38,527 nucleotides of DNA from an uncultured bacterium (GCA_903839985.1 CAIMEJ010000075.1:1-38527), one strand, 5' to 3'; numbered from the stretch's first letter, positions 1 through 9,108 are shown. Translations and numbers: made by a program. Notes: generated by a model from the sequence alone, not told the origin.

Positions 1-1
1 A

Positions 2-901
2 GCCTTAAGAACTTTTATGGGGGCATTCGGTGGCGGAGGTGGAGGCGGTAACGAATCTATTTTCGAGTCCTTTTTTGGTGGTGGCGGCTCTCCTTCTAGA
101 GGAGGAGCCCAGGCCGGAGCTAGCAAAAAAGTCACTGTTACCTTAAGTTTCGAAGAAGCTGCTTGCGGTACGGAAAAAGAAATATCTATAGCCACCTATC
201 AGCCCTGCACTTCTTGTAAAGGACGTGGTTCTGCGACTGCTGAAGGTGTCAAGAATTGTAAGCGCTGCCAAGGTACGGGCCATGTAGTACAAAATCGCGG
301 TTTCTTTAGTATGTCTACCACCTGCCCAGATTGCCATGGAGAGGGACAAATTGTCACCAATCCCTGCAAAGATTGTTCAGGTAGTGGCCGTGTTAAAGAT
401 AAACGGAAAGTAAAAGTCACCATTCCTCCAGGCGTCGACACAGGCATGCGTCTGCGTATGGGCGGTCTTGGTGATGCAGGCGAAGCTGGAGGCCCTCCAG
501 GAGATCTGTATGTTATTATGGATGTACAGCCACATCCCTTCTTCCAAAGACAGGGTGATGACATTACGATTCTTGTGCCTATCACCATTACAGAGGCCTC
601 TCTTGGCTCTAAAAAAGAGATACCTACTCTTAGTGGCGGTATTTGTCGATTAACTATTCCTGAAGGAACTCAGAGTGGTAAAATGCTGCGTATTAGAGGC
701 GAGGGCATTCAAAACGTCCATGGCCAAGGTAAGGGCGACATGCTGGTGACTTTACTGGTAGAAACACCAGGAAAATTAACAGAAAAGCAGAAAGAACTTC
801 TTAAAGCCTTTGCAGAAACAGAGATTCCAGCTAACTTTCCTACAAGGCGGTCATTTTGGGAGAAACTGAAATCTTTTTTTCCTACTGCCTCTTCATGTTA
901 A
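2..901 (+). CDS. dnaJ: Molecular chaperone DnaJ, C-terminal ~300 aa (the 5' end lies outside the window)
   Basis: The frame is open to the window edge. A Gly/Phe-rich linker (FGGGGGGG..FESFFGGGG) is followed by four CxxCxGxG zinc-finger repeats (CTSCKGRG, CKRCQGTG, CPDCHGEG, CKDCSGSG) and DnaJ C-terminal domains. Confidence 0.92.
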   Translation, partial: ALRTFMGAFGGGGGGGNESIFESFFGGGGSPSRGGAQAGASKKVTVTLSFEEAACGTEKEISIATYQPCTSCKGRGSATAEGVKNCKRCQGTGHVVQNRGFFSMSTTCPDCHGEGQIVTNPCKDCSGSGRVKDKRKVKVTIPPGVDTGMRLRMGGLGDAGEAGGPPGDLYVIMDVQPHPFFQRQGDDITILVPITITEASLGSKKEIPTLSGGICRLTIPEGTQSGKMLRIRGEGIQNVHGQGKGDMLVTLLVETPGKLTEKQKELLKAFAETEIPANFPTRRSFWEKLKSFFPTASSC

Positions 902-915
902 GGGGCTCTAAATAG

Positions 916-2916
916 ATGGTTCTAAAAGAAAAAGTTGTTAAGATTCTAAAAGCCATGCTCTTATCTCGGATGGTAGATGAGAAAATGGGTAAATTAGTGC
1001 GTCAAAATAAAGGCGCAACTTTTCAGCTATCTGCAGCCGGCCACGAAATGGCTGGGGTAGTAGCCGCCCAAAATCTTCTTTCTGGTAAAGATTGGGGATT
1101 TCCCTACTATCGTGATCAACCCTTTGCTGTTGGTCTTGGCTCAGATCTTGTAGAAATCTTTGGGGCTTTTTTAGCACGTAAAACGAAATATCACTCGTCT
1201 GGCCGCATGATGCCAGGTCATTTCTCCTGCAAACCTTTAAGAATGCCCTGCCAATCAAGTGTTGTCGGTTCGCAATATTTACAGGCCGTCGGATTGGCAT
1301 TAAGTCGCAAGCTCGCTGGAGAGACAGATGTTGTTTATGTCTCTGGTGGTGATGGATCCACCTCGCAAGGCGATTTTCATGAAGCTCTAAACTTTGCAGG
1401 CATTCATCAACTGCCCGTTATTTTTTCTATTCAAGACAATGGATTTGCCATTTCTGTTCCAGCTCATGAACAGACATCCGGAGGAAGCATTGTTTCTGTA
1501 GCCAAGGGGCATATAGGAGTAGCTGTTTTTGAGGCAGAGGGCACAGATTTTGAAAGCGTTGACGCCGCTTTTTCTGCAGCAGTAGCAAGAGGGCGTGCCG
1601 GTGAGGGCCCGTCTGTTGTTGTTACTAAAGTACCTCGCCTGGCAGCGCATAGCAGTAGTGATGACCCTTTAAAATATCAGACTAAAGAGCAATTAGAAGA
1701 GGGGAAAGCCCGTGACCCCTTAGTTACCATAAAGGCCTTTGTTTTAGAGAAGGGTTTCTTAAATACGGAAGAAATAACGCAATTAGAAAAGAGCTCTTTT
1801 CAAGAAGTAGAGGAAGCTGCAGCTCAAGCAGATTTGTTACCCTATCCCGACATCGAAACAGCTTTAGACAATGTCTATGCCCCCTCTAATCAAGAAGAGA
1901 CGGTGCTTATACCTCTTAGTGAAGAGAAAATTGTGATGATGGATGCCATTAATCACGCTATTGATGAAGAAATGGCCACAAATCCAGGTATCATCGTCTT
2001 TGGTCAAGATGTGGCACGTGGAAAGGGTGGCGTTTTTGGTATCACCAAGAATTTAACCAGTAAATATGGAGAGCAGCGCTGCTTTAATACGCCGCTTGCG
2101 GAATCTACAATTATTGGGGTCTCTATTGGTATGTCGCTAGACGGCCTCCATAGACCTGTTGCCGAAATTCAATTCGCGGATTATCTCTGGACGGGTATTA
2201 ACCAGCTTTTTAATGAGCTCTCCAGCTTTTATTATCGTTCAAATGGCGAATGGAATTGTCCTGTTGTTATTCGTATGCCAACAGGTGGGTATATCCAAGG
2301 TGGTCCCTATCATTCACAGAATATCGAAGGCTTTTTAAGCCACTGCCCAGGCTTGATGATAGCCTATCCAAGTAACGCAGCAGATGCTAAAGGTCTTTTA
2401 AAATGGGCTATGCGTAATCCAAATCCTGTGGTTTTTCTCGAGCATAAAGCCCTCTATCGCCAGCAAAAATTCTCCGCACGCCCTGAGCCAGATGCCGACT
2501 ATGTTTTGCCATTTGGTAAAGCCGCTGTTGTCCGTGCCGGTACAGATATTACGGTCGTTACTTGGGGTATGATGGTACTCTACGCAGTAGATGCTGCTGA
2601 AAAGCTCGCAGCTGAAGATATATCTATCGAAGTCCTGGATTTACGGACGATTATCCCTTTTGATAAAGAGGCTATACTGACCTCGGTACAAAAAACGGGT
2701 AAGGTACTTATCCTTCAAGAAGCTGCTAAAACATCTGGTTTTGGTGCGGAAATTGCAGCACTTATAGCGGAGAACGCCTTCCAATATTTAGATGCTCCCC
2801 TAGTACGCATAGGTGCGGAAGACACTCCCGTTCCTTATTCCAAGCTTTTAGAGAATCGCGTTCTTCCTCAACCGGCCCAAATTGAGGCTGCTTTAAGAAA
2901 ATTAGCGCAATATTAA
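916..2916 (+). CDS. 2-oxoacid (pyruvate/branched-chain) dehydrogenase E1 component, alpha and beta subunits fused in one 666-aa polypeptide
   Basis: The N-terminal half has the TPP-binding motif GDG-x26-N (GGDGSTSQGDFHEALNFAGIHQLPVIFSIQDNG). The C-terminal half has E1-beta/transketolase-like motifs (FNTPLAESTIIG, EIQFADY, GGPYHSQ). An AAGGGG Shine-Dalgarno-like sequence lies upstream of the ATG. Confidence 0.85.
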   Translation: MVLKEKVVKILKAMLLSRMVDEKMGKLVRQNKGATFQLSAAGHEMAGVVAAQNLLSGKDWGFPYYRDQPFAVGLGSDLVEIFGAFLARKTKYHSSGRMMPGHFSCKPLRMPCQSSVVGSQYLQAVGLALSRKLAGETDVVYVSGGDGSTSQGDFHEALNFAGIHQLPVIFSIQDNGFAISVPAHEQTSGGSIVSVAKGHIGVAVFEAEGTDFESVDAAFSAAVARGRAGEGPSVVVTKVPRLAAHSSSDDPLKYQTKEQLEEGKARDPLVTIKAFVLEKGFLNTEEITQLEKSSFQEVEEAAAQADLLPYPDIETALDNVYAPSNQEETVLIPLSEEKIVMMDAINHAIDEEMATNPGIIVFGQDVARGKGGVFGITKNLTSKYGEQRCFNTPLAESTIIGVSIGMSLDGLHRPVAEIQFADYLWTGINQLFNELSSFYYRSNGEWNCPVVIRMPTGGYIQGGPYHSQNIEGFLSHCPGLMIAYPSNAADAKGLLKWAMRNPNPVVFLEHKALYRQQKFSARPEPDADYVLPFGKAAVVRAGTDITVVTWGMMVLYAVDAAEKLAAEDISIEVLDLRTIIPFDKEAILTSVQKTGKVLILQEAAKTSGFGAEIAALIAENAFQYLDAPLVRIGAEDTPVPYSKLLENRVLPQPAQIEAALRKLAQY

Positions 2917-3278
2917 AACTTATCTTCCTAAAAAAGAGCTAGATAAGATATATGTAAAAGAAAACATATATAAAATATGAAAGCAGTAGAAAGAACAAAC
3001 CTAAATCCCTCTCTAGAAAGTGCTAGTAGACCGCCTCTTAAAAAGGCTTCTTCAACTACACGTTGTTTTGCTGTTTTTGTCCCCACAATGACACATGCTC
3101 CGAGTATAATAAGTCCAAATTTTTGGCAAGAGCGTACAGCAGGCGTTCTTAGTTATTTTATAGGGCATAGCCTGGGTCATATTGCGCTCCTTGTTCAAGG
3201 GGTTGCGCATAAATCTATTTAGAAAATAGGACTCTTTTAAGAGGAGCCTACTAGAGTTGTCTTATAGGGTTGCTCTAC

Positions 3279-3788
3279 TTACCTTAAAAACATAATCAGA
3301 CCCATCAGGGCCATGATAAGATCTTCCGTGAGGGTGACTGTAGTGAGTGGCACCTGTAAAAGTGTGCCGAGGCAGCTGCAGCTGAGGCGTTTTTTTTCGC
3401 GTAAGGCTTGGATGACGCCCAGTGAAGAAAAGCTCATAAGAAGAAAAGTGAAGGCATAGAGTGCCGGCAACTCTCTTCCGGCAAGGTAGCCAAGTCCTAG
3501 ACCAAGTTCTAGAAAAGGGTAGAGGAGGCCATAGGGACGAAAGCGTTTGGCTAGTAGGTCATATTGGGCATAGCCCTCTTGAAAACCACGTAGATCGAGG
3601 AGTTTGAAGCCGGAGAAGACAATAAAAAAGCCAGCCATAAATGTCGTTGCAGCAGCATTAATTGCTCGAGATAAAGAGGGTTCTTTTAAAGCGATAACAA
3701 GAGAGACTGCTGTAATAAGTAGAAGAATGAGCAGCAGTGGCCAGTAAGAAACAGGTTTGACTTTACGCGGTGACATGAAAGACCTCAC
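3279..3788 (-). CDS. MauE/DoxX-like integral membrane protein with a CxC motif
   Basis: There are 4-5 predicted TM helices. The family-typical stretch is FSGFKLLDLRGFQEGYAQYDLLAKRF...ELGLGLGYL, with C-terminal CSCLGTLLQVPLTTVTLTEDLIMALMG. The gene overlaps the upstream gene by 26 nt; an alternative Met at 3776 is possible. Confidence 0.6.
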   Translation of the reverse strand: MRSFMSPRKVKPVSYWPLLLILLLITAVSLVIALKEPSLSRAINAAATTFMAGFFIVFSGFKLLDLRGFQEGYAQYDLLAKRFRPYGLLYPFLELGLGLGYLAGRELPALYAFTFLLMSFSSLGVIQALREKKRLSCSCLGTLLQVPLTTVTLTEDLIMALMGLIMFLR

Positions 3789-4542
3789 TTAGTTTATCTT
3801 GATAGGCAATAGATACTTGTAAATTTTGAATACGACTTTGCAGAGTATGATGAAGTGTAGAGAGCGCTTTTTCAGGACTATTACATTCGCTGGAAAGGTG
3901 TGCTAGATAGAGCTTTGTAAGGCCTTCATGCAAAAGTCGTGATACAAGAAGAGAGGCCTCTTCATTAGAGAGGTGTCCGCTGCGGCTAAGAACACGCTGT
4001 TTATAGACAGGAGGTCTTGAGCTTGCATGGACCATAGCAGGTTCATGATTAGATTCGAGGTAGAGCATATGTGCACCGCGTAGATGATGTTCAACGAGTG
4101 TGGTTGCAAAGCCAAGGTCTGTACAGACACCGATTTTCACACCCTTAATTTCAAAAGTGAAGGCTACAGGGTCTACAGTATCATGTTGAATGCTAAAAGG
4201 TAGTACATCAAGACCCTGAAAGTGAAAGGGCTCATCGGTTGTGAAGAGCTTAAAGCGAGGAGAGATGTCTAATTCATGAGCAAGAGCTTTTGCTGTACCA
4301 CTATTTGTAATAACAGGTACATCTTTCAATTTTAAAAGTCCGGGAAGGCCCTGAATGTGGTCTCCATGTTCATGACTGATAAAAATGGCATCTATATCTT
4401 GGTAAGAGACGCCTATCTCGGCAAGTCTTTGGAGGGTTATTTTAGCACTTAGGCCCACGTCGATCAGAATACGGGCATCGGGAGTTCCTAAGTAGAGACA
4501 ATTGCCTTTGGATCCGGAAGCTAAGGGGCAAAAAGTAATCAT
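3763..4542 (-). CDS. MBL-fold metallo-hydrolase, YycJ/WalJ-like
   Basis: It has the HxHxDH motif (ISHEHGDHIQG), a typical N-terminus (FCPLASGSKGNCLYL) and a 259-aa length. Its start overlaps the upstream stop as ATGA. Confidence 0.8.
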   Translation of the reverse strand: MITFCPLASGSKGNCLYLGTPDARILIDVGLSAKITLQRLAEIGVSYQDIDAIFISHEHGDHIQGLPGLLKLKDVPVITNSGTAKALAHELDISPRFKLFTTDEPFHFQGLDVLPFSIQHDTVDPVAFTFEIKGVKIGVCTDLGFATTLVEHHLRGAHMLYLESNHEPAMVHASSRPPVYKQRVLSRSGHLSNEEASLLVSRLLHEGLTKLYLAHLSSECNSPEKALSTLHHTLQSRIQNLQVSIAYQDKLSEVFHVTA

Positions 4543-5861
4543 AGGTAAACCATCATATTATCGTAGGCGAGTTGTATAGAACAATCATAGGAGCAATCTA
4601 CCATAATTTGATGGGCAAGCTGTTCTTTCATGTGGAGTTCTGTATCTGTAGAAGAGGGGTCGTGATGAGTAATGATCCAGTTCTTAGTGCCGGTATTTTT
4701 AACAAAAACAGCCGCATTAGAGAGGGAGGAATGGCCCCAGCCAACTTTTGTACGATAATCTTGTGGCAGGTACTGCGCTTCATGAACGAGAAGATCTACG
4801 CCTTTAAAGAATTCGATCAGGCTTTTATCGGCAGCTAGGAGTGGATTATCAATATCGATCTCTTTAGGATGACCGTGATAGCCAACCATCACCTCGTTAT
4901 CCGTAACATAACCAATTTTTTTACCAGCAATTTCAATTTTAAAGCAGAGTGTTGCACCTGGATGACAGGCATAGGCAGCTGAAATTTTGACAGATCCAAT
5001 TATTAAGGGTTCATCATCATTAAAATCATGAAAGAAGACCTTTGCCTGCATTTCATTGAGCTTAACGGGGAAGTAATCGCTATCTAGCATGCCCTTAAAG
5101 AGATCTTCTAAATGTTTTCCAAATCCTTTAGGACCGTGAATATGGATATCAAATTGATGAGAGTAAGCAGGGGTAAAAAAAGGAAAACCTAAAATATGGT
5201 CCCAATGTGTATGGCCGATAATCAGATGTATTTCCTTAAAGCGTCTGTGAACAATCTCTGCACCAAGGCCACGAATCCCTGTACCTGCATCAATAATAAT
5301 CATGCTATCGGGATGGCTGATTTCAAGACAGGGGGTGTTACCACCAAAAAAAGAATAATCAGGTCCAGCGACAGGTGTAGATCCTCTCGTGCCCCAAAAT
5401 TTAATATAGGGGACATCCCAGGGAATAGTCGGATTATAATTTTCAATAGAGCTAAGGGCATTTAAGTTATGCAGCGGAAAAGGTGCGGGCTCTAACTTTC
5501 CTTCAAAATAACGTTGTACAATACGGTGAATAGTGGCTATAGAAAAAGGCTTGATAAGATAGTAAGATGCGCCTTGCTCTAAGGCTATGCGGTAATCTTG
5601 AATAAGAGCACGCCAAGTAGAGAGAATAACACCTATCTTAGGGCCTTCTGGCAGGGCTTTTATTTTTTTGAGGACTTCTATTCCATGCAAGTGGGGAATA
5701 AGCTGATCTATGATAACAAGCTGTGGATGAAATTCCTCCACTAATGCTAAACAATCCCTGCCACTTTTAGTGAAAACAAGGTCAAAAGTACTTTCTAAAG
5801 CCTCTTGGAGGATTTTTTGTACCGGTTCAGAACTTTCAGCGATAAGAATGCGATTCTTCAT
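4539..5861 (-). CDS. Response-regulator receiver (REC) domain fused to an MBL-fold metallo-hydrolase domain
   Basis: The N-terminal ~120 aa form a CheY-like fold with a putative phospho-acceptor Asp (LVIIDQLIPHLHG), a Ser/Thr (VILST) and a Lys (YLIKPF). The C-terminal ~290 aa form an MBL domain (KFWGTRGS, GGNTPCLEI, IIDAGTG, IIGHTHWDHILGFPFF). ATGA overlaps occur at both ends. Confidence 0.8.
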   Translation of the reverse strand: MKNRILIAESSEPVQKILQEALESTFDLVFTKSGRDCLALVEEFHPQLVIIDQLIPHLHGIEVLKKIKALPEGPKIGVILSTWRALIQDYRIALEQGASYYLIKPFSIATIHRIVQRYFEGKLEPAPFPLHNLNALSSIENYNPTIPWDVPYIKFWGTRGSTPVAGPDYSFFGGNTPCLEISHPDSMIIIDAGTGIRGLGAEIVHRRFKEIHLIIGHTHWDHILGFPFFTPAYSHQFDIHIHGPKGFGKHLEDLFKGMLDSDYFPVKLNEMQAKVFFHDFNDDEPLIIGSVKISAAYACHPGATLCFKIEIAGKKIGYVTDNEVMVGYHGHPKEIDIDNPLLAADKSLIEFFKGVDLLVHEAQYLPQDYRTKVGWGHSSLSNAAVFVKNTGTKNWIITHHDPSSTDTELHMKEQLAHQIMVDCSYDCSIQLAYDNMMVYL

Positions 5862-8134
5862 TCTATATCATCTTCTTGTAAGGCGGTTTTAAATACAAGA
5901 ACCTTGCGAGGCTTAGCGCCTTCTTGCGGGCCAATAATACCTCTAGACTCTAGTTGGTCCATAAGGCTGGCAGCACGGGCATAACCGATTTTTAACTTTC
6001 TTTGTAAAAAGGTTGTGGAGGCATTACCAGTTGATTGTACAATCTCTAAAGCCTCATTGTAAAGGTCGTCTGTATCCTCTTCCTTGCCACCTTGCAGGCG
6101 CTCTTCAGGAACAAAATTATCGAAAGAGGGTATAAGATAAGAGGGGCCGCGTTGCTTGCCGATAAAATCAATGACACGGTTGATGTCTTCATCGCGAATA
6201 AAAGCCCCCTGCGCACGTGTCAAGAGAGATGTTCCTGGAGGAAGGAAGAGCATATCGCCATTACCGAGTAATGTTTCTGCCCCAATCTCGTCTAGAATAA
6301 TTTGGCTATTAATACGGTTAGCTACTTTAAAAGCGATACGTGTAGGAAAGTTAGCCTTAATAAGGCCTGTAATAACTTCCCGAGAGGGCCTTTGTGTAGC
6401 AAGAATAAGATGGATGCCGACAGCACGCGCCATTTGGGCAATACGTGTAATAGGCATCTCTATATCACCGGCTGCTGCAATCATTAAGTCAGCCATCTCA
6501 TCAATGATTGCAACAATGTAGGGCATCGTATCAGGGATTTCTAAATGCGTACCTTCCGGTTTACTCCTGTTCTCACGGTTATTAAATCCTAAGATATTAC
6601 GACATGCAGTCACTTTTAAAATTTCATAACGTTTTTCCATCTCTCTTACGAGCCAGTGAAGAGCTGCTGCAGCACCTTTGGCCTCTGTGATAACAGGAGC
6701 TATCATATGGGGTAAGTTACTGTAAGCCGTCAGCTCCACTTTTTTAGGGTCTACCATTAAAAGGCGTATTGTATCAGGGCCTGCACTCATTAAAATAGAC
6801 ATAACTAGTGTATTAATACAGACAGACTTTCCAGAGCCAGTGGCCCCTGCAATAATACAGTGGGGCATTTTAGTAAGATCACAGGTTACCTCTTCCCCAC
6901 TTACAGCTTTACCGAGTAAAACAGGTATTTGAAAAGCTTTGCCTGATTGGCGGTAAGCCTCGAGCATTTCCTTAAAGCCTACTTCTTGAGGGCGCGGACT
7001 TGGAATTTCGATGCCTACGCAAGCTTTGCCTGGAATAGGTGCTATAATACGCAGAGACTTTGCCTGCATATTAAGGGCGATATCATTCTCTAAAGCCTTG
7101 ATCTTCTGAACTTTAACGCCAATTGCTGGCTGAACTTCAAAAGAGACAATGGTCGGGCCACAGCTGATCTGCCCTACCTGCGCTTCAATGCCGAAGCTTA
7201 GCAGAGTCTCTTCTAAGACACGTGCTTGCTGTTGAAGTTCTTTATGTAATAGGGAAGTATCAAATTTGGCCACATCCGTTAAGAGGGCTAGAGGGGGCAG
7301 CACATAATCACCTGCTTTAGCTGGATTAGGAACAGGGACTGTCTTAGGGAGAGGTTTAGATAAAGTAGACGGAACTGGTTCTTTGGTCCTTGGTTGAATC
7401 TCACGCATCACAGCTGTTTTTAACTTAGCCGTTAAAGAGGGTAGTGTAGACAGAGGGGGTCTTTTGAGAGGGTCCGGCATTAGTTCTTTAGTAGCTGGTT
7501 TTTTTATCGATTTTTCAAAAACAGGGATAATAGTTCTGCGTTTCAAGCGTTCTTTGAGGCTGTTTAACTTTTCGAGGCAAAAATGAGCGGGCTTCCAAGC
7601 AGTTAACTCGAGGCCTGCGGCTAGAGCAATAGCTGTAAAAACAAGAAAAGTCCCTGTATTACTTAAGAGCCTTTGCAAATTGAGAAAAGGTAGATCATGT
7701 AAAATATAATAGGAGGGAATACCTCCTAAATTATAACGCAGAGTCCGAGGGGCGATGAGTTCTTTTACTACGCTATTACCTGCAAGTGCTGCAAGAGCCG
7801 GGGCTATTTCGGCTAGAAGATTTAAAAGAAGGGTCGTGGAAAAAAGAACGAGAGTAAATAAAAGGCATTTAAAAGGGAGCTCTTCTACCTCTTCTTTGGA
7901 GATCCATTTAAGAGAGAGTAGAAAAAGACCTGTTAAAAGCAAGTAGCTTGCAAGACCGAAGCTAAAGCGTAAAAACCAGCCAATACCATGGCCAATTAGC
8001 CCAAGAAAATTGCTGGTACTGTTTTCTGGTGTAAAGCTTACCAAGCCTAAAAAGGCTAAAAGGGTAGAGATTAGAACCAACAGTCCTAACAATTCCTTAG
8101 AGATCACATCCTGTAAACTGCGGTTTTTTGCCAT
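5858..8134 (-). CDS. ftsK: DNA translocase FtsK
   Basis: It has N-terminal TM helices, a Pro-rich linker, a motor domain with Walker A (GATGSGKS) and ATQRPS, and a C-terminal gamma winged helix (TTFLQRKLKIGYARAASLMDQLE). Confidence 0.95.
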   Translation of the reverse strand: MAKNRSLQDVISKELLGLLVLISTLLAFLGLVSFTPENSTSNFLGLIGHGIGWFLRFSFGLASYLLLTGLFLLSLKWISKEEVEELPFKCLLFTLVLFSTTLLLNLLAEIAPALAALAGNSVVKELIAPRTLRYNLGGIPSYYILHDLPFLNLQRLLSNTGTFLVFTAIALAAGLELTAWKPAHFCLEKLNSLKERLKRRTIIPVFEKSIKKPATKELMPDPLKRPPLSTLPSLTAKLKTAVMREIQPRTKEPVPSTLSKPLPKTVPVPNPAKAGDYVLPPLALLTDVAKFDTSLLHKELQQQARVLEETLLSFGIEAQVGQISCGPTIVSFEVQPAIGVKVQKIKALENDIALNMQAKSLRIIAPIPGKACVGIEIPSPRPQEVGFKEMLEAYRQSGKAFQIPVLLGKAVSGEEVTCDLTKMPHCIIAGATGSGKSVCINTLVMSILMSAGPDTIRLLMVDPKKVELTAYSNLPHMIAPVITEAKGAAAALHWLVREMEKRYEILKVTACRNILGFNNRENRSKPEGTHLEIPDTMPYIVAIIDEMADLMIAAAGDIEMPITRIAQMARAVGIHLILATQRPSREVITGLIKANFPTRIAFKVANRINSQIILDEIGAETLLGNGDMLFLPPGTSLLTRAQGAFIRDEDINRVIDFIGKQRGPSYLIPSFDNFVPEERLQGGKEEDTDDLYNEALEIVQSTGNASTTFLQRKLKIGYARAASLMDQLESRGIIGPQEGAKPRKVLVFKTALQEDDIE

Positions 8135-8141
8135 AATAGTG

Positions 8142-8894
8142 TCATGTTAGTATAAGAGCTACAATCCCCACAACCGCACAATAAAGGGCGAAGGGTTTTA
8201 AGCTCACTCTTTTAAAAAGAATAAGAACGCCTTTTAACATAAAGCTTCCCACTGCAAAAGAGATAACAAAACCCACAATATAGATAAAGAAAGGAAGGTT
8301 GGGAGCTTGTTCCTTGCCCAAGATAATTTTTGCACTTTCCAGAGTAATTCCCCCTAAAATAGTGGGAATAGCTAGTAAAAAAGAAAATTTGGCGGCCTTT
8401 ACGCGCTCCCATCCCAGGAATCTGGCCATAGCAATCGTACTTCCACTTCGGGAAATACCAGGCAAGAGAGCCAGTCCTTGGGCAAGGCCGATCAAGAGGG
8501 CAGATGTCTTGGTCCCAACGCTTCTTTTGCGACTAAAATATTCACCGCAGAAAAGGATAAGGCTTGTTAGCAAAAAGAAATAACCTAAGAGATGAGGTTT
8601 GTCATAGACATCTTTCACGGTTTTTATAGCAAAAACAAGGGGGAAAAGGGGGAGGGTAGCGATAACTACCATCCAAAACTCTTTTTTATTTTGCCAAGCG
8701 CCCTTTATCTCTTTTCTGAGGACAAGCAAAATAGAGAAAAGTGTTCCTCCATGGCAGATAAGATCAAAAAAAAGAAATTTGCCCTGTAGTCCAAAGAAGG
8801 TTTCGAGAAGCTTAAGGTGTCCAGAAGAACTTATAGGAAGAAATTCGGCGAGTCCTTGCAAAAGGCTGAGTAAAACAGCTTGAATAAGAGACAT
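8142..8894 (-). CDS. uppP: Undecaprenyl-diphosphate phosphatase
   Basis: It is a polytopic membrane protein with the BacA/UppP motifs FLPISSSGHL and LPGISRSGSTI. Confidence 0.9.
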   Translation of the reverse strand: MSLIQAVLLSLLQGLAEFLPISSSGHLKLLETFFGLQGKFLFFDLICHGGTLFSILLVLRKEIKGAWQNKKEFWMVVIATLPLFPLVFAIKTVKDVYDKPHLLGYFFLLTSLILFCGEYFSRKRSVGTKTSALLIGLAQGLALLPGISRSGSTIAMARFLGWERVKAAKFSFLLAIPTILGGITLESAKIILGKEQAPNLPFFIYIVGFVISFAVGSFMLKGVLILFKRVSLKPFALYCAVVGIVALILT

Positions 8895-8917
8895 AGCCTA
8901 CCTGGTAAGAAAAAGTG

Positions 8918-8992
8918 GGCGATCGACGGGATTCGAACCCGCGACATTTGGAACCACAATCCAACGCTCTAACCAACTGAGCTACGACCGCC
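8918..8992 (-). tRNA. tRNA-His (anticodon GUG) with an encoded G-1; CCA is not encoded
   Basis: The reverse complement GGCGGTCGTAGCTCAGTTGGTTAGAGCGTTGGATTGTGGTTCCAAATGTCGCGGGTTCGAATCCCGTCGATCGCCC folds as a cloverleaf. The anticodon loop is TTGTGGT, the T-loop is GGTTCGAATCC, and an extra 5' G pairs with C73. Confidence 0.9.
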
Positions 8993-9005
8993 AAATAAGG
9001 CGTTC

Positions 9006-9035
9006 ATTGTCTCGTAAGGTAGATGTTTTTGTCAA
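9006..9035 (-). promoter_or_regulatory. Candidate sigma-70/66-type promoter for tRNA-His (and possibly the downstream uppP-ftsK operon)
   Basis: On the minus strand, TTGACA (9035-9030) is followed by an 18-nt spacer and GACAAT (9011-9006), ending 13 nt upstream of the tRNA 5' end. Confidence 0.3.
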
Positions 9036-9108
9036 TCATTCAAAATAACTTGATGCAAAACAACTTAGACTGTTACAAATGTGCAAAACAGGGTTATGTA
9101 GGACAAGT

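Noticed and set aside
2977-3222. 81-aa ORF in the E1/MauE convergent gap
   Set aside because: It has no Shine-Dalgarno sequence, recognisable motif, TM helix or signal peptide, and its composition is unremarkable. It is kept only as part of the finding on the gap and is not called as a gene.
8812-8994. 60-aa minus-strand ORF
   Set aside because: It is the tRNA-His gene and the uppP 5' end read as protein. The tRNA cloverleaf explains the sequence.
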